In this document: in pieces, positions 1 to 9,747 of the stretch | Numbering within the stretch: the first letter of the stretch is position 1 | Layout: every line of letters begins with the position of its first letter | Source: a virus | Length of the DNA: 64,000 bases | Direction: 5' to 3' (one strand) | IMG/VR virus record: IMGVR_UViG_3300044736_000098 | Location: 2,402 to 66,401 of that record | Notes under the pieces: model-generated | The model's database searches: none | The model's input: the letters and a program-made list of their open reading frames with translations, nothing else | What the model was told of the DNA's origin: nothing | Position numbers and translations under genes: made by a program

Positions 1-4
1 GCCA

Positions 5-1294
5 TCATGCCGCCCCATACAGCGTCGGCAGAATCATCTCGTGGCTGCCCGAGTAAATCGTGCCCTCGTCGACGGTGCCCAACTTGATCGGCAGATAGCG
101 CAACAGCCCGTGGCGCTCGTGGATAACGACCATGTTTTGCTGCGCCGGCTCTGGATCCGCGCGGATGGACTTGGCGAACTCGCCGAAGCCCACGCCGCTG
201 CCGTTACCAAAGCCGAAAGGTGTCATTCCCGTGGTGTGAAAATGACCAGAGAATACCCACCGCACCGGCCGGCGCTGGCGATATTCTGTGTCGACGATTT
301 TGCGGTGACCCTTGATGATCGTTGCCATCGGGCCAATGAAGCCGGTCCCGCCACCCGAACCCATACGATCGCCATGCGTGAGTAGCGCCGGCCAGCCCGC
401 GACGTCGAAATAGGCGTCAAAGCCGCGCGGCTGGAAATGGCGAATGGTCGGGACGTGTCGCAGCGCAGCTTCAACGAAGTCCGCCACAAGCGTGTCATAC
501 GACTGCAGGGTGACCAGCTTGGTCCGCGGCTTGCCCGGCGTGCTGCGGCCGTGGTTACCGACGACCGAGATGCAATGGATTTCCACGCTCTTGCGGAACC
601 GCTCTTTCAGGGCGAGGTGCAGCCGCAACACACCGGCCGAAATGTATTCCGCGGCGAACTTGACTTGCTCGAACGCGGTCCCGCCGTCCGTCTCAGCGTG
701 CTCCGGGTGCAATCCGGCGCCGGATATCAAATCGCCACCCAATAGGATGTTGACGCGCTCCGGAGCGCCGTCGGACGCCGGCCACGCGGAAGTCATAAGG
801 ATGCACGCCGTCTCGAATAACCGCCCTATGCGCTTCCGTGCCGTGGGCACATCGTAACTATTGACGCCCGCGACTTCCTCACGGTTGACCGTCTCGCCGA
901 CGTGCAGATCAGACAGGTGCAACACGACGGCTTGCCGCCCTTTGCCTTTCCCGTCGCCGTTGCGCAGGAATTTCGGTTGCAGCCGCGCGGGTTCTTTCGG
1001 AAGGCCCAAGACGTGTTCGCGGTGATTTTCCGCGTCGGCAGTACGGCGCTCGGCATCCCTTAAAAGGAGGCGTAAGCGCGCGTTTTCGTCTTGAGCGGCG
1101 CGGAGGCGGATAGGGTCGGAATTGTCCGTCACTTTTGGTGAAGTGGCGCGGCGGTCGCCTTCACGGATGCGATTAAGAAAGGCCCCGCGAGAAAGATTGA
1201 GGGACTTTGCGGCGCGTACTTGATTACCATTGTTCGCGGCCAGGGTTGCTATCGCTTCGCTAATCTGCGCATCAGACAGGGCGGGGGTGGCCAT
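5..1294 (-). CDS. Calcineurin-like metallophosphoesterase with N-terminal HTH/coiled coil
   Basis: Motifs HLSDLH, GGDL, GNHG, THGD, SGHFH; N-terminus GNQVRAAKSLNLSR is HTH-like. Confidence 0.85.
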   Translation of the reverse strand: MATPALSDAQISEAIATLAANNGNQVRAAKSLNLSRGAFLNRIREGDRRATSPKVTDNSDPIRLRAAQDENARLRLLLRDAERRTADAENHREHVLGLPKEPARLQPKFLRNGDGKGKGRQAVVLHLSDLHVGETVNREEVAGVNSYDVPTARKRIGRLFETACILMTSAWPASDGAPERVNILLGGDLISGAGLHPEHAETDGGTAFEQVKFAAEYISAGVLRLHLALKERFRKSVEIHCISVVGNHGRSTPGKPRTKLVTLQSYDTLVADFVEAALRHVPTIRHFQPRGFDAYFDVAGWPALLTHGDRMGSGGGTGFIGPMATIIKGHRKIVDTEYRQRRPVRWVFSGHFHTTGMTPFGFGNGSGVGFGEFAKSIRADPEPAQQNMVVIHERHGLLRYLPIKLGTVDEGTIYSGSHEMILPTLYGAA

Positions 1295-1638
1295 TAGGTA
1301 GCCCCGCCCTTGGATTCGAGCACCCTATCCAAGCGATCGGTCACACCGCGAATGTCACGTTTGATTTCCTCTACCAAGTCGCGAAATCGATCCTCGGCGT
1401 GGCGCAATTCTGGATCGGAAACGAATAGCGTTGCGGCAGCCACTTTATAATCGGACAGTTCTTTTTGCAGCGTCTCGACTTTCAATCCTAACGCGGTCGC
1501 AAGGATGGAAGCGGCCTGTGCAGATGTTTCCGTATTCGCGATGCGCTTGGAAAACGCCATCAAAAATCCGCCGACGAGTCCAAGTGCCATGATGACGGCA
1601 CAAATGGCTCCAATCGCCGCAGTTGAAATTTCAATCAC
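1294..1638 (-). CDS. Single-TM plus coiled-coil membrane protein (lysis-cassette associated)
   Basis: GTG start after GGAG; hydrophobic N-terminus AAIGAICAVIMALGLVGGFLM followed by coiled coil. Confidence 0.6.
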   Translation of the reverse strand: MIEISTAAIGAICAVIMALGLVGGFLMAFSKRIANTETSAQAASILATALGLKVETLQKELSDYKVAAATLFVSDPELRHAEDRFRDLVEEIKRDIRGVTDRLDRVLESKGGAT

Positions 1639-1730
1639 TTGGCGACTCCAGGCGGGGCGCCGACCGCAATACCAACCACGATCAGTGCAAGCCCGAACGC
1701 AATAGTAATATTGGCCAAGGCGCGTTTCAT
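1635..1730 (-). CDS. Small TM peptide (31 aa)
   Basis: MKRALANITIAFGLALIVVGIAVGAPPGVAK; ATGA/GTGA overlaps with both neighbours. Confidence 0.45.
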   Translation of the reverse strand: MKRALANITIAFGLALIVVGIAVGAPPGVAK

Positions 1731-1930
1731 CCGACAGCGACTCCGCTCGGTCGCAACGTGGCGATATCAAACGTCGCTTCGGATACGGCGTCGCCGTTTT
1801 TCCAAGCTGCGATAAGCTCGGATCGCTCCGGGTCCAGGTCCACGACGAGCATTTCAGTGCCGCCACTTTTCAACCGAACACGCGCGCCGAGGGGGTAGGC
1901 AAACCCTCGCTGCATAGTCATTTCCAGCAT
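1727..1930 (-). CDS. YodC/DUF2158-like small protein
   Basis: G.RVRLKSGG.EM.V motif. Confidence 0.65.
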   Translation of the reverse strand: MLEMTMQRGFAYPLGARVRLKSGGTEMLVVDLDPERSELIAAWKNGDAVSEATFDIATLRPSGVAVG

Positions 1931-2190
1931 CCCAAAGTGCGGCCGGTTTCGTTGTGGACACGGACCTGTTCGATGGTGGGCGGTGTGTCGCGCTTAGCTG
2001 AATAGTCAATCGCGCGCCACGCGGCGCACACGGCCCTACGATCTGTCGCGGTTGTGGGCATCCCGTTTGTTTGGCATCCAGCGAGTAGGCTTGCGACGGA
2101 CAGTGCGAACAGCGTTGTCGTGAGCCTGGTTGCCGCGTTCGATGGCCGCTGTGTTTGCGGCGTCCCACTGCGCTCTGACACGTTTTTCAC
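1918..2190 (-). CDS. o-spanin (Rz1-like lipoprotein)
   Basis: Lipobox LLAGC; overlaps the TM-anchored ORF downstream of the endolysin. Confidence 0.65.
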   Translation of the reverse strand: MKNVSERSGTPQTQRPSNAATRLTTTLFALSVASLLAGCQTNGMPTTATDRRAVCAAWRAIDYSAKRDTPPTIEQVRVHNETGRTLGCWK

Positions 2191-2383
2191 CGAGGGTAAC
2201 TCCTATTGCGACGGCGACTGAAAACGTCGCGATGATGGCGCCAATGGCGACGAACCAAAGCTTGCTCTTGATGGTCGGTGCGTAGACGGCGCCAGCCGCG
2301 CAGCCTAGAAGCAGAAGACCGGCGAGGCCGAAGTGCCATACGAGGGGCCAAAGCCCGACAGATGCGATTTGGAGCCACTGCAT
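2036..2383 (-). CDS. i-spanin (Rz-like)
   Basis: N-terminal TM helices then a helical domain; position after endolysin. Confidence 0.6.
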   Translation of the reverse strand: MQWLQIASVGLWPLVWHFGLAGLLLLGCAAGAVYAPTIKSKLWFVAIGAIIATFSVAVAIGVTLGEKRVRAQWDAANTAAIERGNQAHDNAVRTVRRKPTRWMPNKRDAHNRDRS

Positions 2384-2489
2384 CAGCCGCCGTTCCCTTC
2401 AAATAAGCAGAGCAGTCCGAGCAGCGCGAAGATGCCCGCGAGGATGTAAAGCGGCGTGAAGTTGACTGCACTGGTAAATGTCAGAGCGG

Positions 2490-3095
2490 CTACTTGCACT
2501 TTTTCCACCATGGGCAGGACTTAGAAGCTGCTACGGTGGCTACGGCGGCCCGTCGTGCGGGATGGCTCACGGTCGCACTCGGCGCGCTCAAACCCTCCAA
2601 GCACAGATCACGCTCGCTCTTGCGGCCGTCACCAATGCCACTACGGCGCGCGACGAGACCCTTGCGGACCTGGCCATCGGATCGGACGTACCAGCCTTGA
2701 AACGCGTTACAGCCGCCGCGGATATCGCCGGCATTCATCAGGCGGACCATGCTCGACTTGCACACGGCGGCGGGGCCGGCGTTGTACGCAGCGTCAAGCA
2801 GCGCAGCCATGGACTTGTCCGGCAGCGGAACCTTGACGCACTTCTGCAAAGGCGCGAGATACTTCGGCAGGCTTTGCGCAAGCATATCGTCGCACTGCGC
2901 ATCGGTAAACCGCGTGCCGACCTTGACCTTGCCGAATTCGTCCGTTTGACCATGGCAGTACGTGATCGGATGGCCCGTTCCGATGGCGTCGCGCTTGGCC
3001 ACGTGGTCGGTGCCTTCCCAATTCGGTAGGAAGGCGACGCAGCACGCGATGGCACCAGCTCCGCCGACTGTGGCTGTGGTTTTTGCCTTGCTCAT
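2490..3095 (-). CDS. Endolysin, GH24 muramidase (possibly SAR-type)
   Basis: WEG...D..G....TYCHGQT, AYNAG, GLVARR; weakly hydrophobic Gly/Ala-rich N-terminus. Confidence 0.9.
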   Translation of the reverse strand: MSKAKTTATVGGAGAIACCVAFLPNWEGTDHVAKRDAIGTGHPITYCHGQTDEFGKVKVGTRFTDAQCDDMLAQSLPKYLAPLQKCVKVPLPDKSMAALLDAAYNAGPAAVCKSSMVRLMNAGDIRGGCNAFQGWYVRSDGQVRKGLVARRSGIGDGRKSERDLCLEGLSAPSATVSHPARRAAVATVAASKSCPWWKKCK

Positions 3096-3337
3096 GCCGT
3101 CGCGTCCTGCGCTTCGGTACTCGGCTCGGTCGGCACGGCGGGCGCTTGCTTGGTCAAACGCATTGCGCCTACGATCGCGTAACCGGCCATATTAAGGCCC
3201 ATGAAAAGCACGGGATTCAGCACTTCTCCGAACGCCGCCAACCCAACCAAACCGCCGTTCAAAACAAAGAAAAACAGCCCGACGCGAATGCTCCACAGCC
3301 GGTGAAATTCCTTACCTGCGTTGTCAATTAGGCGCAT
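3092..3337 (-). CDS. Holin (2 TM)
   Basis: MRLIDN...RLWSIR pattern, two TM segments, directly upstream of endolysin. Confidence 0.7.
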   Translation of the reverse strand: MRLIDNAGKEFHRLWSIRVGLFFFVLNGGLVGLAAFGEVLNPVLFMGLNMAGYAIVGAMRLTKQAPAVPTEPSTEAQDATA

Positions 3338-3418
3338 TCTGGCAATATACGCCTAATTTGCAAAAAGTCAACAAATATCGCAGTGGACGCGCGGGGGTTG
3401 CGGTGGTAAAAGAGGCAA

Positions 3419-3601
3419 ATGCGCTATGACCAATCAGAATGGCATTTTTACAAAAACCCGTGGTGGCGCGAGGTGACGCTTATTGACGGCACCAAAAAAC
3501 GCGGCGAAGAGTTGATGCGCCGGATTATAAACGGCGGGGCGCAATACCGACTTCGCAGTGCGTCGGAAGAAACCGAATACGACTATCTAATGGCATGGTG
3601 A
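3419..3601 (+). CDS. Hypothetical protein (moron, opposite strand)
   Basis: 60-aa ORF filling the gap between holin and tail genes. Confidence 0.5.
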   Translation: MRYDQSEWHFYKNPWWREVTLIDGTKKRGEELMRRIINGGAQYRLRSASEETEYDYLMAW

Positions 3602-3625
3602 ATACAACAACCGGAGACCATTCCA

Positions 3626-3907
3626 ATGCTTCGCACTGCATTCGTTGTTGCGTTTCTGTCGGTTATCCTCCCGACCATCGCGCCGGCCGAAGACCTTCTT
3701 CCGAACACAATTGACTGCGCCGCTTTCACCAAGCGTGCGGATGGCACTTGGTATGTTCCTTCCCGCACCACTTTCGACGCTGGCGAGACCAAAGCCATGA
3801 CGATTGACCATTCCAACGTGGCACCTGGTGCCGTTACGGTCGGTAGTAGAAACGGTAAATCGGCGGACCTATACGCTCTTATCGAGGCGAAGTGCGGAAA
3901 GAAGTAA
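3626..3907 (+). CDS. Secreted protein with signal peptide (moron)
   Basis: GGAG SD; signal peptide ending APA; two Cys. Confidence 0.65.
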   Translation: MLRTAFVVAFLSVILPTIAPAEDLLPNTIDCAAFTKRADGTWYVPSRTTFDAGETKAMTIDHSNVAPGAVTVGSRNGKSADLYALIEAKCGKK

Positions 3908-3909
3908 CC

Positions 3910-4641
3910 TTATGTCACTATCCCGCGGAGCGCGAGCGCGGCCGTGATTTCCGTAATCGCGACCGGCAAATCGGTATCGTCAACCGTCATATTCCACATC
4001 AACGCAGCGGCAATTTTGACGGGTCCAGTAAAGGAAGCCGAGTCGCCGCGAGCCGAGCCGATCGCAATCGACCGACTGAGGTCAAGCGCGCGCGTCTTGC
4101 CGGTGTTGGTCTTGAGATTGGACGACACCAGCGCCCCGCTCTTGTACTGACTTAGCGCAGAAATGTAATTCAAGGCACCTTGCGTCCGCATCACCAATAA
4201 ACGGAAGTCCGAGGCCGGGGTGGCAATGCTGACTGGCGTCGTCTGCTGCACGGTATTGTCGGTCGCATGGGTGTTGACCAAAATCCCGCCGGACGTATAT
4301 ATCCCCGCATTCGTGGCGCCGTTCGTGCCATCATAGTTACCGATGAAAAAATCCGGATTGGCGCAATCTGCGCAGACGATCCACGTCGAATTGAGCGCCT
4401 CGAAATTGCAAGTGTCGAACCAATTGTTATAGGCGAGGTTCGCGTAGTTCGACGCAAACGTCGGCGCGCCGACGACAAGCAGCGGCCTTCCCGGATTGGC
4501 GCCATTAAGCCTGCTGGCGTTGAGGTTGCCGCCGAAAATATACTCTCCGATCATGGTATCGCGATGTACGCTTGTAAGTTTTTGACAGTGACCTATGGCG
4601 TTCACGCCGGCATCTCCGACGAACCCGATATTGAGTGACAT
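3910..4641 (-). CDS. Tail/receptor-binding associated protein
   Basis: Beta-rich 243-aa ORF directly after the tail esterase. Confidence 0.55.
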   Translation of the reverse strand: MSLNIGFVGDAGVNAIGHCQKLTSVHRDTMIGEYIFGGNLNASRLNGANPGRPLLVVGAPTFASNYANLAYNNWFDTCNFEALNSTWIVCADCANPDFFIGNYDGTNGATNAGIYTSGGILVNTHATDNTVQQTTPVSIATPASDFRLLVMRTQGALNYISALSQYKSGALVSSNLKTNTGKTRALDLSRSIAIGSARGDSASFTGPVKIAAALMWNMTVDDTDLPVAITEITAALALRGIVT

Positions 4642-4661
4642 TGGACGCTAGGCCTCGATTT

Positions 4662-6449
4662 TCAGAGTTCGGAAATGACGCACCAGTTGTGCATCGGCTT
4701 GTTGATGCCGGCAGGATCAAAAACCAAATCCTCCCCGGCGGAATCGCGCAGGCATCCGCGCGGGCCGGTCAGGCGGCCCGGAAGATTGCCGCTGTGCGGC
4801 GACCATGCATAGCGAACCTTATCAGTGCTCGCGAGTGCGCCCGAGCATGTGATTTTGACGCGATCAGGGCCGGCCATCTCGACGCTCGTGATGGTGCGCG
4901 CGGACCCTCCGGAGTCTACGACGCCAAAGCCGAAATTACCGGGGTCGGAAACCTGCACCGTGTCCAAGACAAGTGGCGGGCGCGGCACGTCAAATATGAC
5001 GGTCATCACATTGCCCTGCACGATCTTGCGCAGCGGGGCGAGCGGCTTCCAGTCGCGGCCTTCCAGCACGACGCGTTTATAGGCGAGTCCCATATATGCG
5101 CCGACCCACTTGGCCGCGATATTTGTGAAATGAACGTCCCCGGAATTGTAGTCAATGAAGTAGAGCGGCATCACCAGCTTGACCAGTAGATTGGTCTGCG
5201 CAACTTCGTATTGCCCAAGGGCGATATCGGGCGTCGTTCCGCCGGAATAATAACCATGTGCCGCTACCTGCGTGGCGAACAGATAGACCGGGTTGGTCTG
5301 CCCGGTCTTGGCCTGGATATCGGTTTGAAGATCGGCCTGCAGTTGTGCGAGCGCGGTCTTATAGGTTGCCTTCGCGGTAGATGCTATGTCGCTTTCGCCT
5401 TGAATGAACGGAACCGCCTGACAGGCGATCGGTGCGTTAACCGACCCCGCCAGGGCAATCATCCGATCGACGGCGCTCATCATTTTAGTGTAGTCCGTCG
5501 ATCCCTTGGCAAGCGATGCGATCGCCGTGCCGCCTTCGCCGGCCGCAGCTGCAACCATTTGAAATTTATGGTTGGCCCATGTCAGATTGTTTTCTACAGC
5601 GATCAGCGCAGCGATCATCTGACACGCACCGGACAGCGGAGACTCGCCGGTGTTCCCCGCGTCTGCCTCGACCAGCGGCACAAGCGCCTGCGAGCCATAC
5701 GGATAGCTGGCAAGCGTCCCTACCCCTCCAGACAGCATCAGCGCGGACGGCGATGCCGTTGTGGACAAAGCCGGATGCGCGTTCCAACCGATTGAGTTGC
5801 TTTGCCCATAGGCAAGAAAAAGGTTGTATTCGTAATCGGTGCGCAGACGCGGCAGCACCGCCGAACGTAGAACGGAGAGTGACTTGGAATGTACGCCGGA
5901 AGGCGATACGCGAAACGCCGCGGCGCCGTAGGCGTCAGATATCTGGAAATCGTCATTTGCCAGGAGTTGAATCAGCGCGGTTTTCTGATTAAACACATTA
6001 ATGCTGGAAAATACCGTGGGCGCCACGCCGGGGCCATTCGGGTTGGTTCCCACGTCGTCACGAACGGATTGTGCGGTGTCGCGTGCATGAATCCACTGCC
6101 AGCCTGCCGGCGACGCCGACCAGCTATAGATGCCTTCATTGGCCACGCTGCCGCCGACAACGGGATCAGTATGGGTGCCAGCGTCTGTCCCGGTGACCTC
6201 GGCGCGCTGGCCCGCAGTCGAGCCGGCAATTGGAGACAGCGCAGCCCAGGTCCGTTCGACCAACACTGGAACGTGAGCGGCATCCGAAATTCCCGCGACC
6301 CCGGCTTCAACGGCCGCGACACGGGTTTCCGTGATCGAAAGCGCGTTGATGCACTCGCCCTTATCCGGTTGATTTACGCCGCTGGCACGAACGCCGTCAA
6401 TGACGTAAGCCCGCCAGGCGATGCGCGCAGCGTCGAGAATTGATCCCAT
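4662..6449 (-). CDS. Tail-associated SGNH/SASA (sialate O-acetylesterase-like) protein
   Basis: YGQSN, QGESD and DVH motifs; N-terminal region resembles a phage tail anchor. Confidence 0.8.
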   Translation of the reverse strand: MGSILDAARIAWRAYVIDGVRASGVNQPDKGECINALSITETRVAAVEAGVAGISDAAHVPVLVERTWAALSPIAGSTAGQRAEVTGTDAGTHTDPVVGGSVANEGIYSWSASPAGWQWIHARDTAQSVRDDVGTNPNGPGVAPTVFSSINVFNQKTALIQLLANDDFQISDAYGAAAFRVSPSGVHSKSLSVLRSAVLPRLRTDYEYNLFLAYGQSNSIGWNAHPALSTTASPSALMLSGGVGTLASYPYGSQALVPLVEADAGNTGESPLSGACQMIAALIAVENNLTWANHKFQMVAAAAGEGGTAIASLAKGSTDYTKMMSAVDRMIALAGSVNAPIACQAVPFIQGESDIASTAKATYKTALAQLQADLQTDIQAKTGQTNPVYLFATQVAAHGYYSGGTTPDIALGQYEVAQTNLLVKLVMPLYFIDYNSGDVHFTNIAAKWVGAYMGLAYKRVVLEGRDWKPLAPLRKIVQGNVMTVIFDVPRPPLVLDTVQVSDPGNFGFGVVDSGGSARTITSVEMAGPDRVKITCSGALASTDKVRYAWSPHSGNLPGRLTGPRGCLRDSAGEDLVFDPAGINKPMHNWCVISEL

Positions 6450-6451
6450 GA

Positions 6452-7087
6452 TTATTTCAACCCTTGCTGCTTCTTAAGTTCGTCGATTTGTTGCTGCAAA
6501 TACTGGCAATGCGCGATCAGATACGGGACGGCCTTGCTGTAGTCGACCATCCACAATTCCTTGAAAGGATTGTCGAGGTCGAGATGCTTATCGCTATCTC
6601 CCGGCGTGACCATGCGCGGTAGAACCGCATAAGCCTCTTGCGCGACGACGCCGACGCCGTGAATTAGATTGCGCTCATCGTCATGGTCATAAATTTTGAG
6701 ACCGCAAATCACGTCTCGCGCAATCTCAAAGTCGAGTTGAACGCGATATGGTTTCCCGCGCTCGTCCGACGATGTATTGTAATTTGCCGTGAGCGCGGCC
6801 TGATTCATATTGATCGCACCGCATTGAGTATCGGCCGAGTTGCTGAAATCTATTGCGGTAAGCACGCCTGCAGTGTTATTTCCTCTGATGGCAACCCCAT
6901 TTCCCGTAGCCATGAAGAGATGCGTGAACGCGCCCGCGCGACCTATATTTCCCGCTACCGCATACTCGAAAAGAAGCGTTGAGTTCGAGGAAAATCCGAC
7001 TGCGTTCGCAGCCGGCAAATACACGCCATTGGTGGGGATGATCGAACTTGTAACGTTAAGATATCCAGGGGCAGAGAATCCGCTCAT
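6452..7087 (-). CDS. Tail fibre protein with peptidase S74-like intramolecular chaperone domain
   Basis: TSSDERGK, GVVAQE, VDYSK..P.L and C-terminal coiled coil. Confidence 0.75.
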   Translation of the reverse strand: MSGFSAPGYLNVTSSIIPTNGVYLPAANAVGFSSNSTLLFEYAVAGNIGRAGAFTHLFMATGNGVAIRGNNTAGVLTAIDFSNSADTQCGAINMNQAALTANYNTSSDERGKPYRVQLDFEIARDVICGLKIYDHDDERNLIHGVGVVAQEAYAVLPRMVTPGDSDKHLDLDNPFKELWMVDYSKAVPYLIAHCQYLQQQIDELKKQQGLK

Positions 7088-8112
7088 CAGACATAATCCA
7101 AATTGAACGCGGTTATGTCGGCGGCGACGAGCACCGTAGTATCAGCATCAGCAACTAGTTTTGTGAAGGCGTACCCGATGCCGTTTGCGAAAGAGAGGCC
7201 GAGCGGGAAATCGTAGACAAATGCTTGGCCGGCCGGACACGGGATTTTCTTGCGGATGGTGGTGGTGCCCGGAACAGGTGGATTCACCGCAGAGTCGTAG
7301 AGCACTAAGAACACGTCATAGGCGGCGTTGTTCTTCCCGCAGGCCGAATAGATGCGGCCTGCGCTCGTCTTGACGTTAGTTGCGTTCGTCGAAGCCGCAG
7401 CGGAGGCCATACGCGCCGTTGATGCAATACCGCCTGTGGCGGCGCTGGCATCGGCGACCGCGCGACCGATCAGGTTTGATCCCGCCGGCGTTGCCGCGAT
7501 CAAATCCGCATGAAGCGTGGTAGCGATATCGGTGTGAAGCTGCACCTCGTCTGTATGATTGGTTGCCAGTGCGGTGATGATGGTGGCCTGGTTGGCGGCG
7601 GTGCCGGCTCCCGTGGGCAAAGGCAGCGACGCGGCCGATACCGGCTGCGTGGCCTGCCAGAAGGTGCCTGTGACGGCATGCGTTCCGACCGTCAGCGTAC
7701 CGGCGAGCAACGCGCGGATTGCCTCTTCCTTGGCAAGCAGTGTCGTCCCGATATCCGCGTGCAGTTGGACTTCGTCGGTATGATTGGTCGCCAGCGCGGT
7801 AATAATGCTCGCAAGCGATGTATTGCCGGTATCCTGCTTTGCTTCGGTCGCGGGAGCTGCAATGAGTTTCGCCAGGATCGCCGCGAGCGTGGTTTGCGTG
7901 GCGGGATCGGCGCTCAACTTCGCCAAGACGGCAGCGAGCGTGGTTTGCGTTCCGAGAAGCCCTAACGCCGTGGTGATTGCGTTTATTGCCAGCAAATCTT
8001 CATTGGAAAGCACAACGGGTCGAGACCCCGCGGCGGCTGCGCGGCCGGGCGCGGGCGGTAGTTCAACGGCTTTTCGCGCGTTGTCTGCGTCAATGACTTC
8101 TATTTGGGCCAT
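7087..8112 (-). CDS. Ala/Thr-rich virion protein with internal repeats
   Basis: Duplicated ITALATNHTDEVQLH.DI and TQTTLAA.LAKL segments. Confidence 0.65.
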   Translation of the reverse strand: MAQIEVIDADNARKAVELPPAPGRAAAAGSRPVVLSNEDLLAINAITTALGLLGTQTTLAAVLAKLSADPATQTTLAAILAKLIAAPATEAKQDTGNTSLASIITALATNHTDEVQLHADIGTTLLAKEEAIRALLAGTLTVGTHAVTGTFWQATQPVSAASLPLPTGAGTAANQATIITALATNHTDEVQLHTDIATTLHADLIAATPAGSNLIGRAVADASAATGGIASTARMASAAASTNATNVKTSAGRIYSACGKNNAAYDVFLVLYDSAVNPPVPGTTTIRKKIPCPAGQAFVYDFPLGLSFANGIGYAFTKLVADADTTVLVAADITAFNLDYV

Positions 8113-8199
8113 TTAGTGAGAAATCCTCGCGCAAAGCTGGCGTCTGCCCTTGTACCATCTCTAGTGTTGAAAGTCAACAATATTGCAAAAAGTTCTCAA

Positions 8200-9747
8200 T
8201 CAAATTTCGTCAAAAAGCAACGGGATATACATGCTGTCTAGCGGGTTTGAAAAATCCAAACGACCAAGCGGAGGAATGATGCGAATGAAGGTCCACGTGA
8301 TGCGCCCGGCCAGTATGTTGATTTCCGCGCTCTGAATCTCCACTACGCAATCCTGCAGGCCGTTGACTGCGGTGTAGTTCAAAGACACCCATCGCTTGCC
8401 AACATAGCGCAACCCGGAAAGCTTGGTAACAAACGAACCCGTTTTGCTCGTGCTGAGACGAAGCAGTGCGCGATTTCCTAAACGAACCGCCTGCGTTGGA
8501 CTCTGCACCCACGACAGATCAAGCGCCTGCGACCGAACGACTCCCGTATTAGAAATCGCAGCCTCGTTCCGTACAGGGTCGGTTTGGGCCGATGCATATT
8601 TCTGTGTCGGGTCGGTGTAGCTAATTTCCAGTTGATTGACCAACTGCTCGTTAGCGCGGCCGTGATTCAAAACAAACCCAAAAATGTGCGCGTCTGTAAT
8701 AGGCGGTTCAAGCGGCTCGCGATATTTGCCAACCGTGAGCGAAAACGTTCCCTCGCCGGTTTCCAGCATGTGACCGTCGCATGTGGCCAGTATTTTGTTG
8801 ATTATATCTTCCGGCTTGTTGTCAAATTGATACCATCCGGCCGACCGATAACGAGGTTCGCCAGCGGCATCTTCGTCGCAAATATTCGCTTCAATCATCC
8901 ATAGCGCGAGCATTGCGGGCGGCAGTATCGTGTCTAGATCGAGGCCCATACCGCCATCAACGCGCGTCAGGTAATCGATCAGTTGCAAAACGGGATTTGG
9001 CGATGCCCGCCATGTCGCAGGGTTGGCACGGCTTTGCGCCACATCGCGCGGATCCCATATCGGCGAGCACCTGGCTACAACGGACAGTTCGGGCTTGCCC
9101 TGTGGATACACCCTGGAAAATGTCGAAGGATCGGAGAGTGCACCGCATTTGAGGCCCGCATACGCAATGCCATCGCCGCGATATGCCGCCGTCCACAAAC
9201 CGTTAATGTTGGCGTCGCTTATAAAACTCGAAAGGACAGTTTGCGACGCCGCGCCCATGCGGATTTCGATTTGCACACGCCCGCCACCAAACTGATCGGC
9301 GCCGACGGTTGCAACGGTCCCAAGCCCGCCGGCCGAAATATCGGGGGAAACGGACACTTCTTGATCGTGCAAATAGATATGTTGAATGGACTCCACTGGT
9401 CCGTGGTGAAAAGCAATCACGTCATACGACGTTCGATTTGCTTCCTCATAAAGCATGTAGGAGCCGGCGAGCCGATTATCCCAATAGCCGCGAATGCGTG
9501 GCGGGATTGCCTGCTTGATGGATTGCGCACCGGCCTCGGGCTTGGGGATGCTTTGGTTAGGAGAAAGAGCGGCACTAAGCCCGATAGACGCGCCCAGGAT
9601 GGCCGTACTACCGACTATTGTAGCAAGACTCGTCCCGCCTATCGTGGTGGCAGAAAGCGCGCCAAGGCCCGCGATGCCCGTTCCGGCTTCCGCAGCGCCG
9701 GCAGCAGAGAGTATGGCGGAACCGATCAAAAACGTAACATCAGGCAC
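8200..9747 (-). CDS. Tail tip / central tail protein
   Basis: GTG start at 9747; IWDPR, W..SPNP.L...DYL motifs typical of tail-tip proteins. Confidence 0.8.
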   Translation of the reverse strand: MPDVTFLIGSAILSAAGAAEAGTGIAGLGALSATTIGGTSLATIVGSTAILGASIGLSAALSPNQSIPKPEAGAQSIKQAIPPRIRGYWDNRLAGSYMLYEEANRTSYDVIAFHHGPVESIQHIYLHDQEVSVSPDISAGGLGTVATVGADQFGGGRVQIEIRMGAASQTVLSSFISDANINGLWTAAYRGDGIAYAGLKCGALSDPSTFSRVYPQGKPELSVVARCSPIWDPRDVAQSRANPATWRASPNPVLQLIDYLTRVDGGMGLDLDTILPPAMLALWMIEANICDEDAAGEPRYRSAGWYQFDNKPEDIINKILATCDGHMLETGEGTFSLTVGKYREPLEPPITDAHIFGFVLNHGRANEQLVNQLEISYTDPTQKYASAQTDPVRNEAAISNTGVVRSQALDLSWVQSPTQAVRLGNRALLRLSTSKTGSFVTKLSGLRYVGKRWVSLNYTAVNGLQDCVVEIQSAEINILAGRITWTFIRIIPPLGRLDFSNPLDSMYIPLLFDEI

